Shown: one piece after another, positions 8,687 through 21,073 of the stretch
Layout: each line of letters begins with the position of its first letter
Position numbering within the stretch: position 1 is the first letter of the stretch
From: Eledone cirrhosa
Taxonomy: Eukaryota
DNA: 64,000 nucleotides
Reading direction: 5' to 3'
Assembly (NCBI GenBank): GCA_964016885.1
Contig: OZ024740.1
Span: forward strand, 365,552,001-365,616,000
Translations under genes and position numbers: made by a program
The notes under the pieces: generated by a model
What the model saw: the letters and a program-made list of their open reading frames with translations, nothing else
What the model was told of the DNA's origin: nothing
The model's database searches: none

Positions 8687-11640
8687 ATGTCAGGGGCCTG
8701 GTGAAACTCAGTAACATGAGTAAAATTTCCTACCTGGGAGACTTAGCCATAAGCAATCAAGCACTATGCATGGCACTAACCGAAACGCACCTGACAAGCA
8801 GTATAGCAGATGCAGAAATACATATACCGAAATATACTGTATTTCGTTCGGACAGGAAGGAGAGAACTCATGGTGGGGTTTCTCTGTATATCCGTGAAGA
8901 TGTCACACCAATTGTACTGTTGACACATTCAAACTCAGTCTGTGACACACTGATAATACATATGAAGCAACTACAGACAGTAATATGTGTCACATATCGG
9001 CCGCCCGATGCTCCCAGTCATGAGGGTAAATTTGAGGATAGCCTAAGTAGGATAGAAGAGGTCCTTGACAAACTGGACCAGGGTCTCAACATCCTACTGC
9101 TGGGAGACTTCAACCTACCAAAGGTCAAATGGCCTGAGGGCCACCTCCTCCCTGGAAAGACGTCAATAGAACAGAGACAGACGGAATCCCTGCTGGCCCT
9201 CACACACAGGCTGTTCATGGAGCAAGCAATACTCCTCCCAACAAGAGGCGAAAATGTCCTGGACCTCTGTTTTACAAACAACGAAGTGCTCATCCACAAT
9301 GTAAAGGTGACACCAACAATTCTCTCGGATCATAACTTAGTAGAGCTAATGATATGTGGTCCAGGAGAACCAACAGAGACAAAACCACCAAGAAGCTCCG
9401 GGACGCTATCCAACCTTAACTTCTACAAGGCTAACTGGAAAAAGATTAAGAGTGAAATCCGGAAGCAAACATGGAGTGAAAACACCGCCACACAAGACAC
9501 TAACACACAATTTCAACACTTCATGACAACGATACACACCATATGCAAAAAGTGTGTCCCGGAGAAAGAGGCAAACAGACACAAAAATCTTATTCCCAGA
9601 GATAGGAAAATCCTTATGAGACGTAGAACTAAACTCTCAAACCAGTTGAATAGTCAACAAAACAAAAACAAGAAGGAATCCTATTTGAAACGTGCACTAC
9701 TTGACACCGAGATTGCACTCAAACTTTCACATGAGAATGAGAGTGCAAAGAAAGAGAACAGAGCCATAGAAAACATTAAAACAAACCCTAAGGCCTTCTT
9801 TAAATTTGCAAAAGAAACTGCCTCAGTACACTGCAAGGTTGGGCCACTCTTCCACACGGACGGTTCATTAACCGAAAACCCCCAAGAGATATGTGAAATA
9901 CTGAACGAACAGTACAAAAGTGTGTTCACATGTCCACTGAGGCACATGAAAATAACGAAGCTAGAGGAGTTCTTTGATGCCACAACACTACATGAAGAAA
10001 TGGCAACCATCAACCACATAGACATAACGGAGGAGGATGTGGTGTACGCCATTGATGAAATTAGAACAGACTCGGCTGCTGGACCTGATGGATTCCCAGC
10101 AGTTCTCTTAAAAATATGTAAGCGGGCCTTAGCAACTCCACTGAAGATGCTCTTCAGAAGCTCCTTGGCTAGCGGTGTACTACCCAGGGAGCTGAAAGAA
10201 GGCACAATATGCCCTATCCATAAAGGAGGTAGTAGAGCGGAGGCCAAGAACTATAGGCCAGTCTCCCTGACGTCGCATATCAGTAAGGTCATGGAGCGAG
10301 TCGTCAGAAAGAAACTAATCACTTTCCTCGAAGAAAATGACCGCCTGACTAGCACGCAACATGGCTTCCGCCCAGGAAGAAGCTGCCTTACACAGCTGCT
10401 ACATCACTACGACTGGGTACTGAAACAACTACTAGACAGCTCACATGTGGACGTGATATATCTTGATTTTGCGAAGGCCTTTGACAAGGTCGACCACGGA
10501 ATGATATGTTACAAACTACACGGACTCGGCATAACTGGAAAAGTAGGTGAGTGGCTGCATGGTTTCCTAAGGGACAGAAGCCAGGCAGTCGCAGCAAATG
10601 GGGCCCTCTCGAGGGAAACACCGATAACAAGTGGGGTGCCCCAGGGGACAGTCCTGGGACCACTACTGTTTTTGGTGGCTCTCTCGGACATGCCCTCTGT
10701 GGTGCATGCAACAACATCCCTCACTAGCTATGCTGATGACACTAAGGTAGCACAGGCAATCAAAAACCCGACTGACGCTGCCCTTTTACAGCAGGATCTG
10801 GATGCCATATACAGATGGGCGGAAGAAAACAACATGCAGTTTAATGCTGGCAAATTCCAAGCCCTACAATACAAACCTGCAAACACAAATATAGTGGAAC
10901 ACAGCTACACAGGACCAGGAGGGACCGATATCCCCGTGTCAAAATCGATACGAGACCTGGGCATAGACATGAGCGATGATGCATCTTTTTCTTCACACAT
11001 CATGAAAGTGGCGACAACGTGCAGACGACTCGCTGGCTGGATCTTGAGGACTTTCCGGACAAGAGATCGAGACACCATGTTGACACTGTGGAGGACTTTT
11101 GTCCTAAGCCGCCTGGACTACTGCTCCCAGTTGTGGTCACCCCATAGTGTCAAACTAACCACGGAGCTTGAGGCAATCCAGCGAAGCTACACCAAGAGGA
11201 TTGCCAAGATGAGGGAGACAAGCTACTGGGAGAGGCTAAAGGAACTGAACCTCTACTCCTTGGAGCGAAGACGGGAGAGATACGCAGTGATCTACATGTG
11301 GAAAATCCTGGAGGGACTAACACCAAACTTTGGCATTGGGAGCTGGACCAACCGTCGAACAGGACGTCACTGTGTGGTGCCAAAGGTCCCGTCTTCCACA
11401 TCTAGAATAAGGAGCAGGTATTGCAATAGCCTGGGATTCAAGGGCCCTCAACTCTTCAACAGGCTGCCGAGGCATCTGAGAGACTTGCATGACGTGGAGG
11501 TGGATGTCTTTAAGAAACATCTCGACACCTTGTTATCCAGGATCCCGGATGAGCCCACAGCAAGACACGAGGGAAACCTAAGGGCAGCAGCAACAAACTC
11601 CCTCTTACACCAGTGGCCAACCTATACAGGCTGGAGATAA
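8605..11640 (+). CDS. LINE ORF2: apurinic-like endonuclease + reverse transcriptase
   Basis: NVRGL, LTETHL, YRPP, GDFN, SDH; NYRPVSL, QHGF, YLDFAKAFD, GVPQGTVLGP, YADD; frame open from 8416. Confidence 0.95.
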   Translation: MVAADTRPGVIPTAITGTPKVTPVLLLNVRGLVKLSNMSKISYLGDLAISNQALCMALTETHLTSSIADAEIHIPKYTVFRSDRKERTHGGVSLYIREDVTPIVLLTHSNSVCDTLIIHMKQLQTVICVTYRPPDAPSHEGKFEDSLSRIEEVLDKLDQGLNILLLGDFNLPKVKWPEGHLLPGKTSIEQRQTESLLALTHRLFMEQAILLPTRGENVLDLCFTNNEVLIHNVKVTPTILSDHNLVELMICGPGEPTETKPPRSSGTLSNLNFYKANWKKIKSEIRKQTWSENTATQDTNTQFQHFMTTIHTICKKCVPEKEANRHKNLIPRDRKILMRRRTKLSNQLNSQQNKNKKESYLKRALLDTEIALKLSHENESAKKENRAIENIKTNPKAFFKFAKETASVHCKVGPLFHTDGSLTENPQEICEILNEQYKSVFTCPLRHMKITKLEEFFDATTLHEEMATINHIDITEEDVVYAIDEIRTDSAAGPDGFPAVLLKICKRALATPLKMLFRSSLASGVLPRELKEGTICPIHKGGSRAEAKNYRPVSLTSHISKVMERVVRKKLITFLEENDRLTSTQHGFRPGRSCLTQLLHHYDWVLKQLLDSSHVDVIYLDFAKAFDKVDHGMICYKLHGLGITGKVGEWLHGFLRDRSQAVAANGALSRETPITSGVPQGTVLGPLLFLVALSDMPSVVHATTSLTSYADDTKVAQAIKNPTDAALLQQDLDAIYRWAEENNMQFNAGKFQALQYKPANTNIVEHSYTGPGGTDIPVSKSIRDLGIDMSDDASFSSHIMKVATTCRRLAGWILRTFRTRDRDTMLTLWRTFVLSRLDYCSQLWSPHSVKLTTELEAIQRSYTKRIAKMRETSYWERLKELNLYSLERRRERYAVIYMWKILEGLTPNFGIGSWTNRRTGRHCVVPKVPSSTSRIRSRYCNSLGFKGPQLFNRLPRHLRDLHDVEVDVFKKHLDTLLSRIPDEPTARHEGNLRAAATNSLLHQWPTYTGWR

Positions 11641-11715
11641 AATGTGTAGCAACAAGGGCGGTGCCCCAGCATGGCCTCAGCCGGATGGCTGAAACAGGTA
11701 AAAGAGTAAAAGAGT

Positions 11716-11773
<58 letters not shown>

Positions 11774-11925
11774 TTATACTTTGGGAGGGTCATGTTGCCA
11801 ATAAGAAACACACGCACCAGTTGCTTTCACTTCAGTTTATTATATATTTATAAATTTACAAATTTATAAATCTATAAATTTCTGGTTGGTTGGTTGGTTC
11901 CACAACCAGATAGTTGTTTATATAT

Positions 11926-11970
11926 AGTCATAGTCCTTTCGTCACACACTCTGTGACCTCTTCAGCTACT
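11926..11970 (-). ncRNA. Minimal hammerhead ribozyme (inverted arm; stem I mutated)
   Basis: reverse complement of 12384-12428 with two changes. Confidence 0.6.
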
Positions 11971-12383
11971 GGGGATTCCTTTCTTTGTTTCTGTGCCTCT
12001 CCTTTGTTCTGTCCTACACCATTTTGTTTCTGTGCGGGACACACAGAAAAGATGCAATGTTTAGACAAATTACAGAGGCAATAAACATAAAAGAATTACA
12101 ACCAAAATTAAATAGAAAATATGAGTGGAACAGCAACATCACAACTTACAATTAAGGACAAAATGAAAACACACACACACATAGAACAAACAACCAACCA
12201 GTAACATGTAAATAAATAAATAAATAAACAAATAAACAAATAAACAAATAGATAAATGAACATAAACACACACAGACACCCGGATGTGGCGCATGCGCGG
12301 ACTGAGCACACAACACACACACAGAAACAAAATGGCGTAGGACAGAACAAAGGAGAGGCACAGAAACAAAGAAAGGAATTCCC

Positions 12384-12428
12384 AGTCACTGAAGAGGTCA
12401 CAGAGTGTGTGACGAAAGGACTATGACT
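12384..12428 (+). ncRNA. Minimal type I hammerhead ribozyme
   Basis: agtca-CTGAAGA-g-gtcaca(gagtg)tgtgac-GAAAG-ga-CTA-tgact. Confidence 0.78.
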
Positions 12429-12644
12429 ATATATAAACAACTATCTGGTTGTGGAACCAACCAACCAACCGACCAGAAATTTATAGATTTATAAATTTGT
12501 AAATTTATAAATATATAATAAACTGAAGTGAAAGCAACTGGTGCGTGTGTTTCTTATTGGCAACATGACCCTCCCAAAGTATAACAATATCGGTTTCAAC
12601 ACACGATTTCAGATAAATAATCTTGCTAAACAAATTCAGAAACG

Positions 12645-13065
<421 letters not shown>

Positions 13066-13277
13066 CCCATATGAGTCTGTGAGTATTGATTTATTATTTT
13101 CTAGATCGTACAGGCAGACCTTATGTTGTTGAATTAAGATTTTTCACTCTAGCGATCTTATTAGTCATTTGCAACTATAACATGTAAATGTTCATCAAAT
13201 ATTAATTTATACTGCTCAGAAGCGATTCCTAGAGCTGAAATGATTGTAAATGACCTCTTTGAGTCTAAACTCTAAGC

Positions 13278-13285
13278 TATTTATT

Positions 13286-13368
<83 letters not shown>

Positions 13369-13371
13369 ATT

Positions 13372-13402
<31 letters not shown>

Positions 13403-13471
13403 ATTTATATATATATATATTTATATATATATATTTATATATATATATATATAAATATATATATATATATT

Positions 13472-13508
<37 letters not shown>

Positions 13509-13559
13509 ATTTATATATATATATATTTATATATATATATATTTATATATATATATATT

Positions 13560-13616
<57 letters not shown>

Positions 13617-13635
13617 ATTTATATATATATATATT

Positions 13636-13666
<31 letters not shown>

Positions 13667-13733
13667 ATACATATATTTATATATATATATATATATACAT
13701 ATATTTATATATATATATATATATACATATATT

Positions 13734-13786
<53 letters not shown>

Positions 13787-13789
13787 ATT

Positions 13790-13842
<53 letters not shown>

Positions 13843-13845
13843 ATT

Positions 13846-13896
<51 letters not shown>

Positions 13897-13913
13897 TTAT
13901 ATATATATATATT

Positions 13914-13968
<55 letters not shown>

Positions 13969-14063
13969 ATTTATATATATATATATTTATATATATATAT
14001 TTATATATATATATGTTTATATATACATATATATATTTATATATATATATATATATTTATATA

Positions 14064-14146
<83 letters not shown>
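13278..14146. repeat. ~870-bp interrupted (TA)n tract
   Basis: direct reading. Confidence 0.95.
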
Positions 14147-14150
<4 letters not shown>

Positions 14151-14280
14151 TCTGAAGACAGCATATATATGTGAAGGTATGTATATTCCCTCTGATAGTT
14201 TGTATAATTTTGTACATAGATCTTTTGAATATGCATACCAATTCTAACACATATATGTCCTAGAAATGATTGTAAAATAA
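14146..14280 (+). ncRNA. Orphan type I hammerhead ribozyme with ~104-nt stem II
   Basis: ttattt-CTGAAGA(14152)-cagcatatatatgtg...cacatatatgtccta-GAAAT-gatt-GTA-aaataa. Confidence 0.6.
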
Positions 14281-14400
14281 TGAACTTGTTTGTTTAATAT
14301 AAGGAACTGTTTCTTTGTTTATTCATTATTTTTTTAATAATTTATATTTATATATATATATTTATATATATATATTTATATATATAAATATTTATATGTA

Positions 14401-14541
<141 letters not shown>

Positions 14542-15381
14542 TGATTATCTCATCTTAACATCTTGTCTCATACCAATTCTATCCAACATATTCTGACCTT
14601 GAGATTGGTTATAGCACACACACACATTTTATCCTACATTATTTCTCACTTCTTCAAATTCATTTTCATTACTTTTTCACCAATTTTTCATTTATTCTTT
14701 ATTCTTTATTCTTTATTCTCTATTTATTTATTTATTTTCAAATTATACAAATTATATTAATTATTTTATTATATTATTTATTTATTTTCTGTTTTCTTCA
14801 TTTATTGCCTTATATTTCTTCATATACATGGAATAACCCCCCCCCCCCACCACCACCACTACCACTATGATGGTGGCAGGAGGGATGAAGAAAAAACACA
14901 CACTGGATACTTCTAAATTGTTAGCAGCAGCAAGATATAAGCTGACCACAACACCAACAACACTACCAAAATAATGGTAGAGGTCACATGTACTGAACAA
15001 TAGCAGGCAAAAACACTACACGGAGCCTCACCCCAGAAAGAATTTTATAGACTTCTGACTGAGGAATGCTCTCAGAACTGACCAATGGGAAGTTTGACAC
15101 TTTTTTTTATTATTTTGTTAGTTTAACACCTTGTCCCTTCTACCATTTTATCAATTTTTAAGCTAACTCCAACAATAACAACACTTATAATGAGGAATGT
15201 TCTAATAATTGACCAATGAGAGGAGAAGAGGACCTTTGACACTGAAATTCGTTTGTTTGAATTCCTATGACTCCAGTTCCTCAGTGAAATAACAACCCAA
15301 CAAGGAACTGGGCATATCAGAGTATTGACAATATTATACACCTAAACAACATATGTACTTGTCTATACCATACTAATTCAA

Positions 15382-15436
15382 ACTGCCTGAAGAGGTCACA
15401 GCCAAAGATGGCTGTCAATGAAATGTATATAGCAGT
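15382..15436 (+). ncRNA. Type I hammerhead ribozyme of the PLE3 pLTR
   Basis: actgc-CTGAAGA-ggtc-acagcca(aaga)tggctgt-caat-GAAAT-gtat-ATA-gcagt. Confidence 0.78.
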
Positions 15437-15648
15437 AATAAACGAAGCTAAATTTTAATCATTTGACTTTTATTTAACTTTATTTAACTTTATTTTACAC
15501 TACTCCGGAGTAACAAAACCGACCTGCGCACTTCGTCGAGTGCTCCAGCCTGCATACTGAGGTGTTGGTATACAACCAACATAAACTCAAAATCTATCTA
15601 GCTCCCACACGGGTTGAGCGCTTCAAACAGTAGCGGACCTAAGTCACT

Positions 15649-18338
15649 ATGGATAAACTGGCAACCTTAGCGTCACTGAAGGAATCCCCCTACCTGTTAA
15701 ACGAGAATACACCAGTGATCTCATCAAGAGTACGGACTCCCTCATCCGTAGGATGAGATGGAAGGCGTTCCACTTCGAAAGAGGAACGCAGAAAATTACC
15801 AACACACAAAACATGGAGTACCTTTTTCGATCAAGGAGGAATCCCCCCCCCCCCACAACAGACTAATGGAGGAGTTTGAAAACGAGATGATTAACATCAT
15901 ATCCAACCTCAAATTCTCTGGAAACCCAACCAGAAGTCAAGAGTACCTCAGACACCTGAGAAACCGGATTACAGTACTTAAAGGGACAACTGGAATACTT
16001 GTCCATGCTGACAAAACAAACAACCTCTACAACATGAACACTGAACTGTACAATAAGCTAATCCTCAGGGAACTGAGGAAGTGCTACAAAAAAACACCTG
16101 GATTTACCCCGGATGAGATCAATGCCACAGCTTACAGGATTATATCCAGAATCGGCATAGAGGACAGGACGGCCCCATACCAACCAAGGGAGCCGCGGAT
16201 TACCCTGAAAGACCACAAGCCAAACTTTGAGTCCGACCTCCCTGTCAGACTAATAGCCCCCTCCAGATCTGACCTAGGGATCGTCAGTAAAAGAATACTG
16301 GATAGGATTTTGCCCAAGCTTCGGAAGAAAACTAAATTACAGCAATGGTCATGCACGGGAGAAGTAATAGAATGGTTCAAAATACTGCATGATAAAAGTA
16401 GGACCAGCTTTATACAACTGGACATCGCAAGCTACTACTCCTCAATCTCACCCATAGTACTTAATAAGGCCCTATTTTTAGCGATGTCCAATACGGACCT
16501 AACCCGAGAGGAGGTGAGCATCATCCACGCCGCAAGAAAGACCTTAATTCGCTTCGATGGAGACCTTTGGACCAGGAGTGATTGGCCAAATAACTTTGAC
16601 ATCACGGTGAGCTCCAGCGACTCAGCGCAGGTAACGGACCTGGTTGGGCTCTACCTGCTGAAGCAGATAAAAGATGAAATCCTCTGCCTGGGCGGCGGAT
16701 TATATCGTGACGATGCTCTATTCACAGTATATGACCACAGCACCAATATGTTGGAGGGTATGAGGAGGCGTATTCGCTATTTCTTTAAGAACCAGGGGCT
16801 CAGCATAGAAATAGACCCAAATAGGAAGGTAGTTAACTTCCTAGACACCACCCTAAACCTGAATACCGAGCAATACTACCCCTACCACAAGCCCAACGAG
16901 AAACTCGTATATGTTAACGTCAAATCAAACCACCCTAGATCCATAACCAAGGCAGTGGTGAAGAGTGTCTCGGACAGGATCTTCAGCTTGTCCGCAAGTA
17001 AGGAAATATTCAATAACCACGCGGAATATTACAACGCAGCTCTAAAGAAGGCAGCACATGGCCAAAATATAACATATAGTCAGAAAAGCCGGGATGGAGA
17101 TAGCCCAACAGACACCCACAACCGCGTTGCCCGGGGAGGGGGGGGGGCGCGAACCCTAACAAAACAGGCAGAGCAGAATCAAATAGGCACCATGTGCCCG
17201 ACAACACCACACGGGCGGTGGAGACTAGTGCGCTTGACCACGAGATGGAGCACAATATGAAGCAGTCTCAGGCGTGACGCTAACAACCCCAGGACGGACG
17301 ACCCCAACCGCAGGACACGTGAGGGGGGAGGCAGGAAACGGGCGACCACCCCACGATGGATCTCCCGGGGCGGACAACGACCACCCCACAAATTCGGGCC
17401 GCGAAGATAACAAAAAGCATAGAGCCCAAAGGGGAAGCAACAGTGCGGAAACCACCAGCAACCCAACAAATCTCCAACAAATCACGAAACCCCCGACCCA
17501 CACATATAGGAGGACACCGAAAAATCACATGGTACAACCCACCCTACTAAGCGGCCCTAAAGAAAAGCTTGGCCCGATTATTCTTTGGAGCACTTGACAA
17601 ATGCTTCCCGAGGGACCACAGATACCACAGGATCTTCAACAGACACACTGTGAAGCTTTCGTTTTCCACCACGAGAAATTTGGCCCAACACATAGCTAGC
17701 ATCAACAGAAGTAGGCTTAAAAACCACACACAACCAGAAGATGGCAATACAAACACTCAGCAGAACCATGTGAAAGGAGGGAAGGGGGGACCCAGAGCCC
17801 ACCCAAGAAACCCAAACAGACCCGATGACCCCCCCACCGAGCCTGGGGGAAGACCAACATGTAACACATAACGGGAACCTAATCTAGGCACGCAGAGGCC
17901 GACCACCCTCTGCAACTGCAGAAACCCCGAATCATGCCCCCTTGGTAATGAATGCCTCAAGAAGAACATAGTGTACGGTTGTAGGGTTAAAACCCCCAAC
18001 TCCGAACACCTCTACATAGGAGCCACATCAACGAGCTTTAAAGACCGCTGGTACAACCATCGCCATTCATTCAAGAAGGAGGCCAAAAGGAAAAGCACAG
18101 CTCTCTCTCCGACCTGATCTGGAAGCTTAAGCTGGACAGGACCCCATACTCTCTGGCCTGGTACATAATCAGGAAAGTACCACCCGATAAAGGGGGATCT
18201 TGCATATGCAAACTATGCCTGAACGAGATCCTCGAGATACTAAGAGGTGGAAGCGGCCTGATAAACCTCAGAACCGACTTCTTCGGGACATGCAGACACC
18301 TTAGAGCCGGGACCTTTCTCAAGATATATGGACAGTAG
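15649..18338 (+). pseudogene. PLE3 full-length RT + GIY-YIG ORF with several frameshifts/stops (some at homopolymers)
   Basis: ATG 15649; GIPLP..EY..DLIK...LIRRMRWKAFHF; ADKTNN; YRDDAL; WYNPPY; CNCRNPESCPL..C; YIGATSTSFKDRWYNH; CKLCLNE; CRH. Confidence 0.88.
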
Positions 18339-19451
18339 CAACACAAGAAGATGTGAACTCCCCTCAAGCTATAGGGACTTCTACAGAACATGAAAACACC
18401 TCTCGGCCAGACCTCCCTCAAGCTATATGGGCAGTAACAACACCCTAGGTTGTGAACTCCCCTCAAGCCATAGGAAACAACCCAGGCTGAGCAAACACCA
18501 TGATAGCCTAGAGATAGAATCGGACACAGCCATTATAATTTGGCCAACATCTATATAACACAAACACTTTTAAGTTACTAGATTTCTGATTTTCAAGTTT
18601 CAATCTTAAATCTTGATTTCTCTTTATTAATTTGTTATTTGTTTTCTGCCCTCTTCACTGTATCACCTTATATTTATTTTTAAGTTGAGATTGATTATAA
18701 CACAAACACATTTAGTTTGATTATCTCATCTTAACATCTTGTCTCATACCAATCTATCCAACATATTCTGACCTTGAGATTGGTTATAGCACACACACAC
18801 TTTATCCTACATTATTTCTCACTTCTCCATATTCATTTTCATTAGTTTTTCACCAATTTTTCATTTATTCTTTATTCTTTATTCTTTATTCTCTATTTAT
18901 TTATTTATTTTAAAATTATACAAATTATATTAATTATTTTATTATATTATTTATTTATTTTCTGTTTTCTTCATTTATTGCCTTATATTTCTTCATATAC
19001 ATGGAAGAACCCCCCCCACCACCACCACTACTATGATGGTGGCAGGAGGGATGAAGAAAAAAACACACACTAGATACTTCTAAATTGTTAGCAGCAGCAA
19101 GATATAAGCTGACCACAACACCAACAACACTACCAAAATAATGATAGAGGTCAAATGTACTGAACAATAGCAGGAATAAACACTACTGATCAGAGCAAAC
19201 AGCACGGACATTCTATCTCAAAATTATTTTTGAAAAGCATTTAGAAATGCGCAACCGGTAAAAACTTAAAAACTTCAAACCACAACTGAATACTAACCCA
19301 TACAATCACTAATACTCTTTTATTCCTAATTAAACCATTTTTCAACTGTGAACAATTTGTCAGCATTTTCTATTCCGTTTACCAATATATAATAACTTGT
19401 GTGTTACACCTCTATTCTTTTAACTATATATATATATATATATACAAATAA

Positions 19452-19510
<59 letters not shown>

Positions 19511-19608
19511 TATAGATATATATGCAAAAGTTCTATTTAAAATTGTTGGGATACAACAAGTAAATATTTTATAACTGATATAAAGCACTCGACAAGTTTT
19601 TGGAGTAG

Positions 19609-20484
<876 letters not shown>

Positions 20485-20486
20485 AA

Positions 20487-20977
20487 ATGATAGGTATAGA
20501 AAATATTGTAGCAAAACGCCAACAGTATTCCATAATATATAAGTGACTATAGCGTCAAAATGAGAAAATAGTTAACGTAAGATGTGGGAAAAATAATTCA
20601 AACTCAACTCAAAAAGAATCAGGATATAGATTCATCCAACAGAATTTAGTGACATCCAGGGAAAAATCAATAGAGCCTTAACTCATGATAAAATAAAGTT
20701 TAAAATACTCATCCTTCAATTTGGAAAAAACTTCAAATGCTCTGTATAGTCTTGAAGACTATTTCACGAAAACTTTCAGTGGAGATGATCACGGTTGGAA
20801 TTCGATCCTCAGCAGAGCTCAACTCGATAACCAAAATTTCTCACTGATTAATATGCCGAAAAGGGAATTAAAAGCAGGCTAGTTACCAACATGCGTGATT
20901 ATGAAAAATAAAACGCACATGTGGAAAGACAGGGCTGGTGATGTCAGAATGAGACGAATGTTTGTTTACAAGAAACA

Positions 20978-20978
<1 letters not shown>
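20487..20978 (-). mobile_element. Solo pLTR-like fragment with hammerhead between TA tracts
   Basis: contains HHR 20739-20818; flanked by (TA)n. Confidence 0.6.
20739..20818 (-). ncRNA. Type I hammerhead ribozyme with stable stem III
   Basis: gctctg-CTGAGGA-stem II-GAAA-tagtc(ttcaa)gacta-TA-cagagc. Confidence 0.82.
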
Positions 20979-21009
<31 letters not shown>

Positions 21010-21012
21010 ATC

Positions 21013-21069
<57 letters not shown>

Positions 21070-21073
<4 letters not shown>

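Larger units (their letters stand above)
8199..11715 (+). mobile_element. APE-type non-LTR retrotransposon (CR1/Proto2-like), 5'-truncated
   Basis: ORF1 remnant + intact EN-RT ORF2; 3' hairpin tcagcc-ggat-ggctga and (gtaaaaga) tail; flanked by TA repeats. Confidence 0.9.

Noticed and set aside
9018-11520. Minus-strand ORFs over the LINE and PLE coding regions
   Set aside because: Antisense shadows of RT genes with no independent motifs
13160-13256. Hammerhead at gaaatgattgtaaatgac
   Set aside because: 3' half only; no CTGANGA core positioned after the matching stem I strand
13250-14155. 301-aa YIYIYI ORF and similar YI/CV/HT ORFs throughout
   Set aside because: Translations of TA, GT and CA microsatellites
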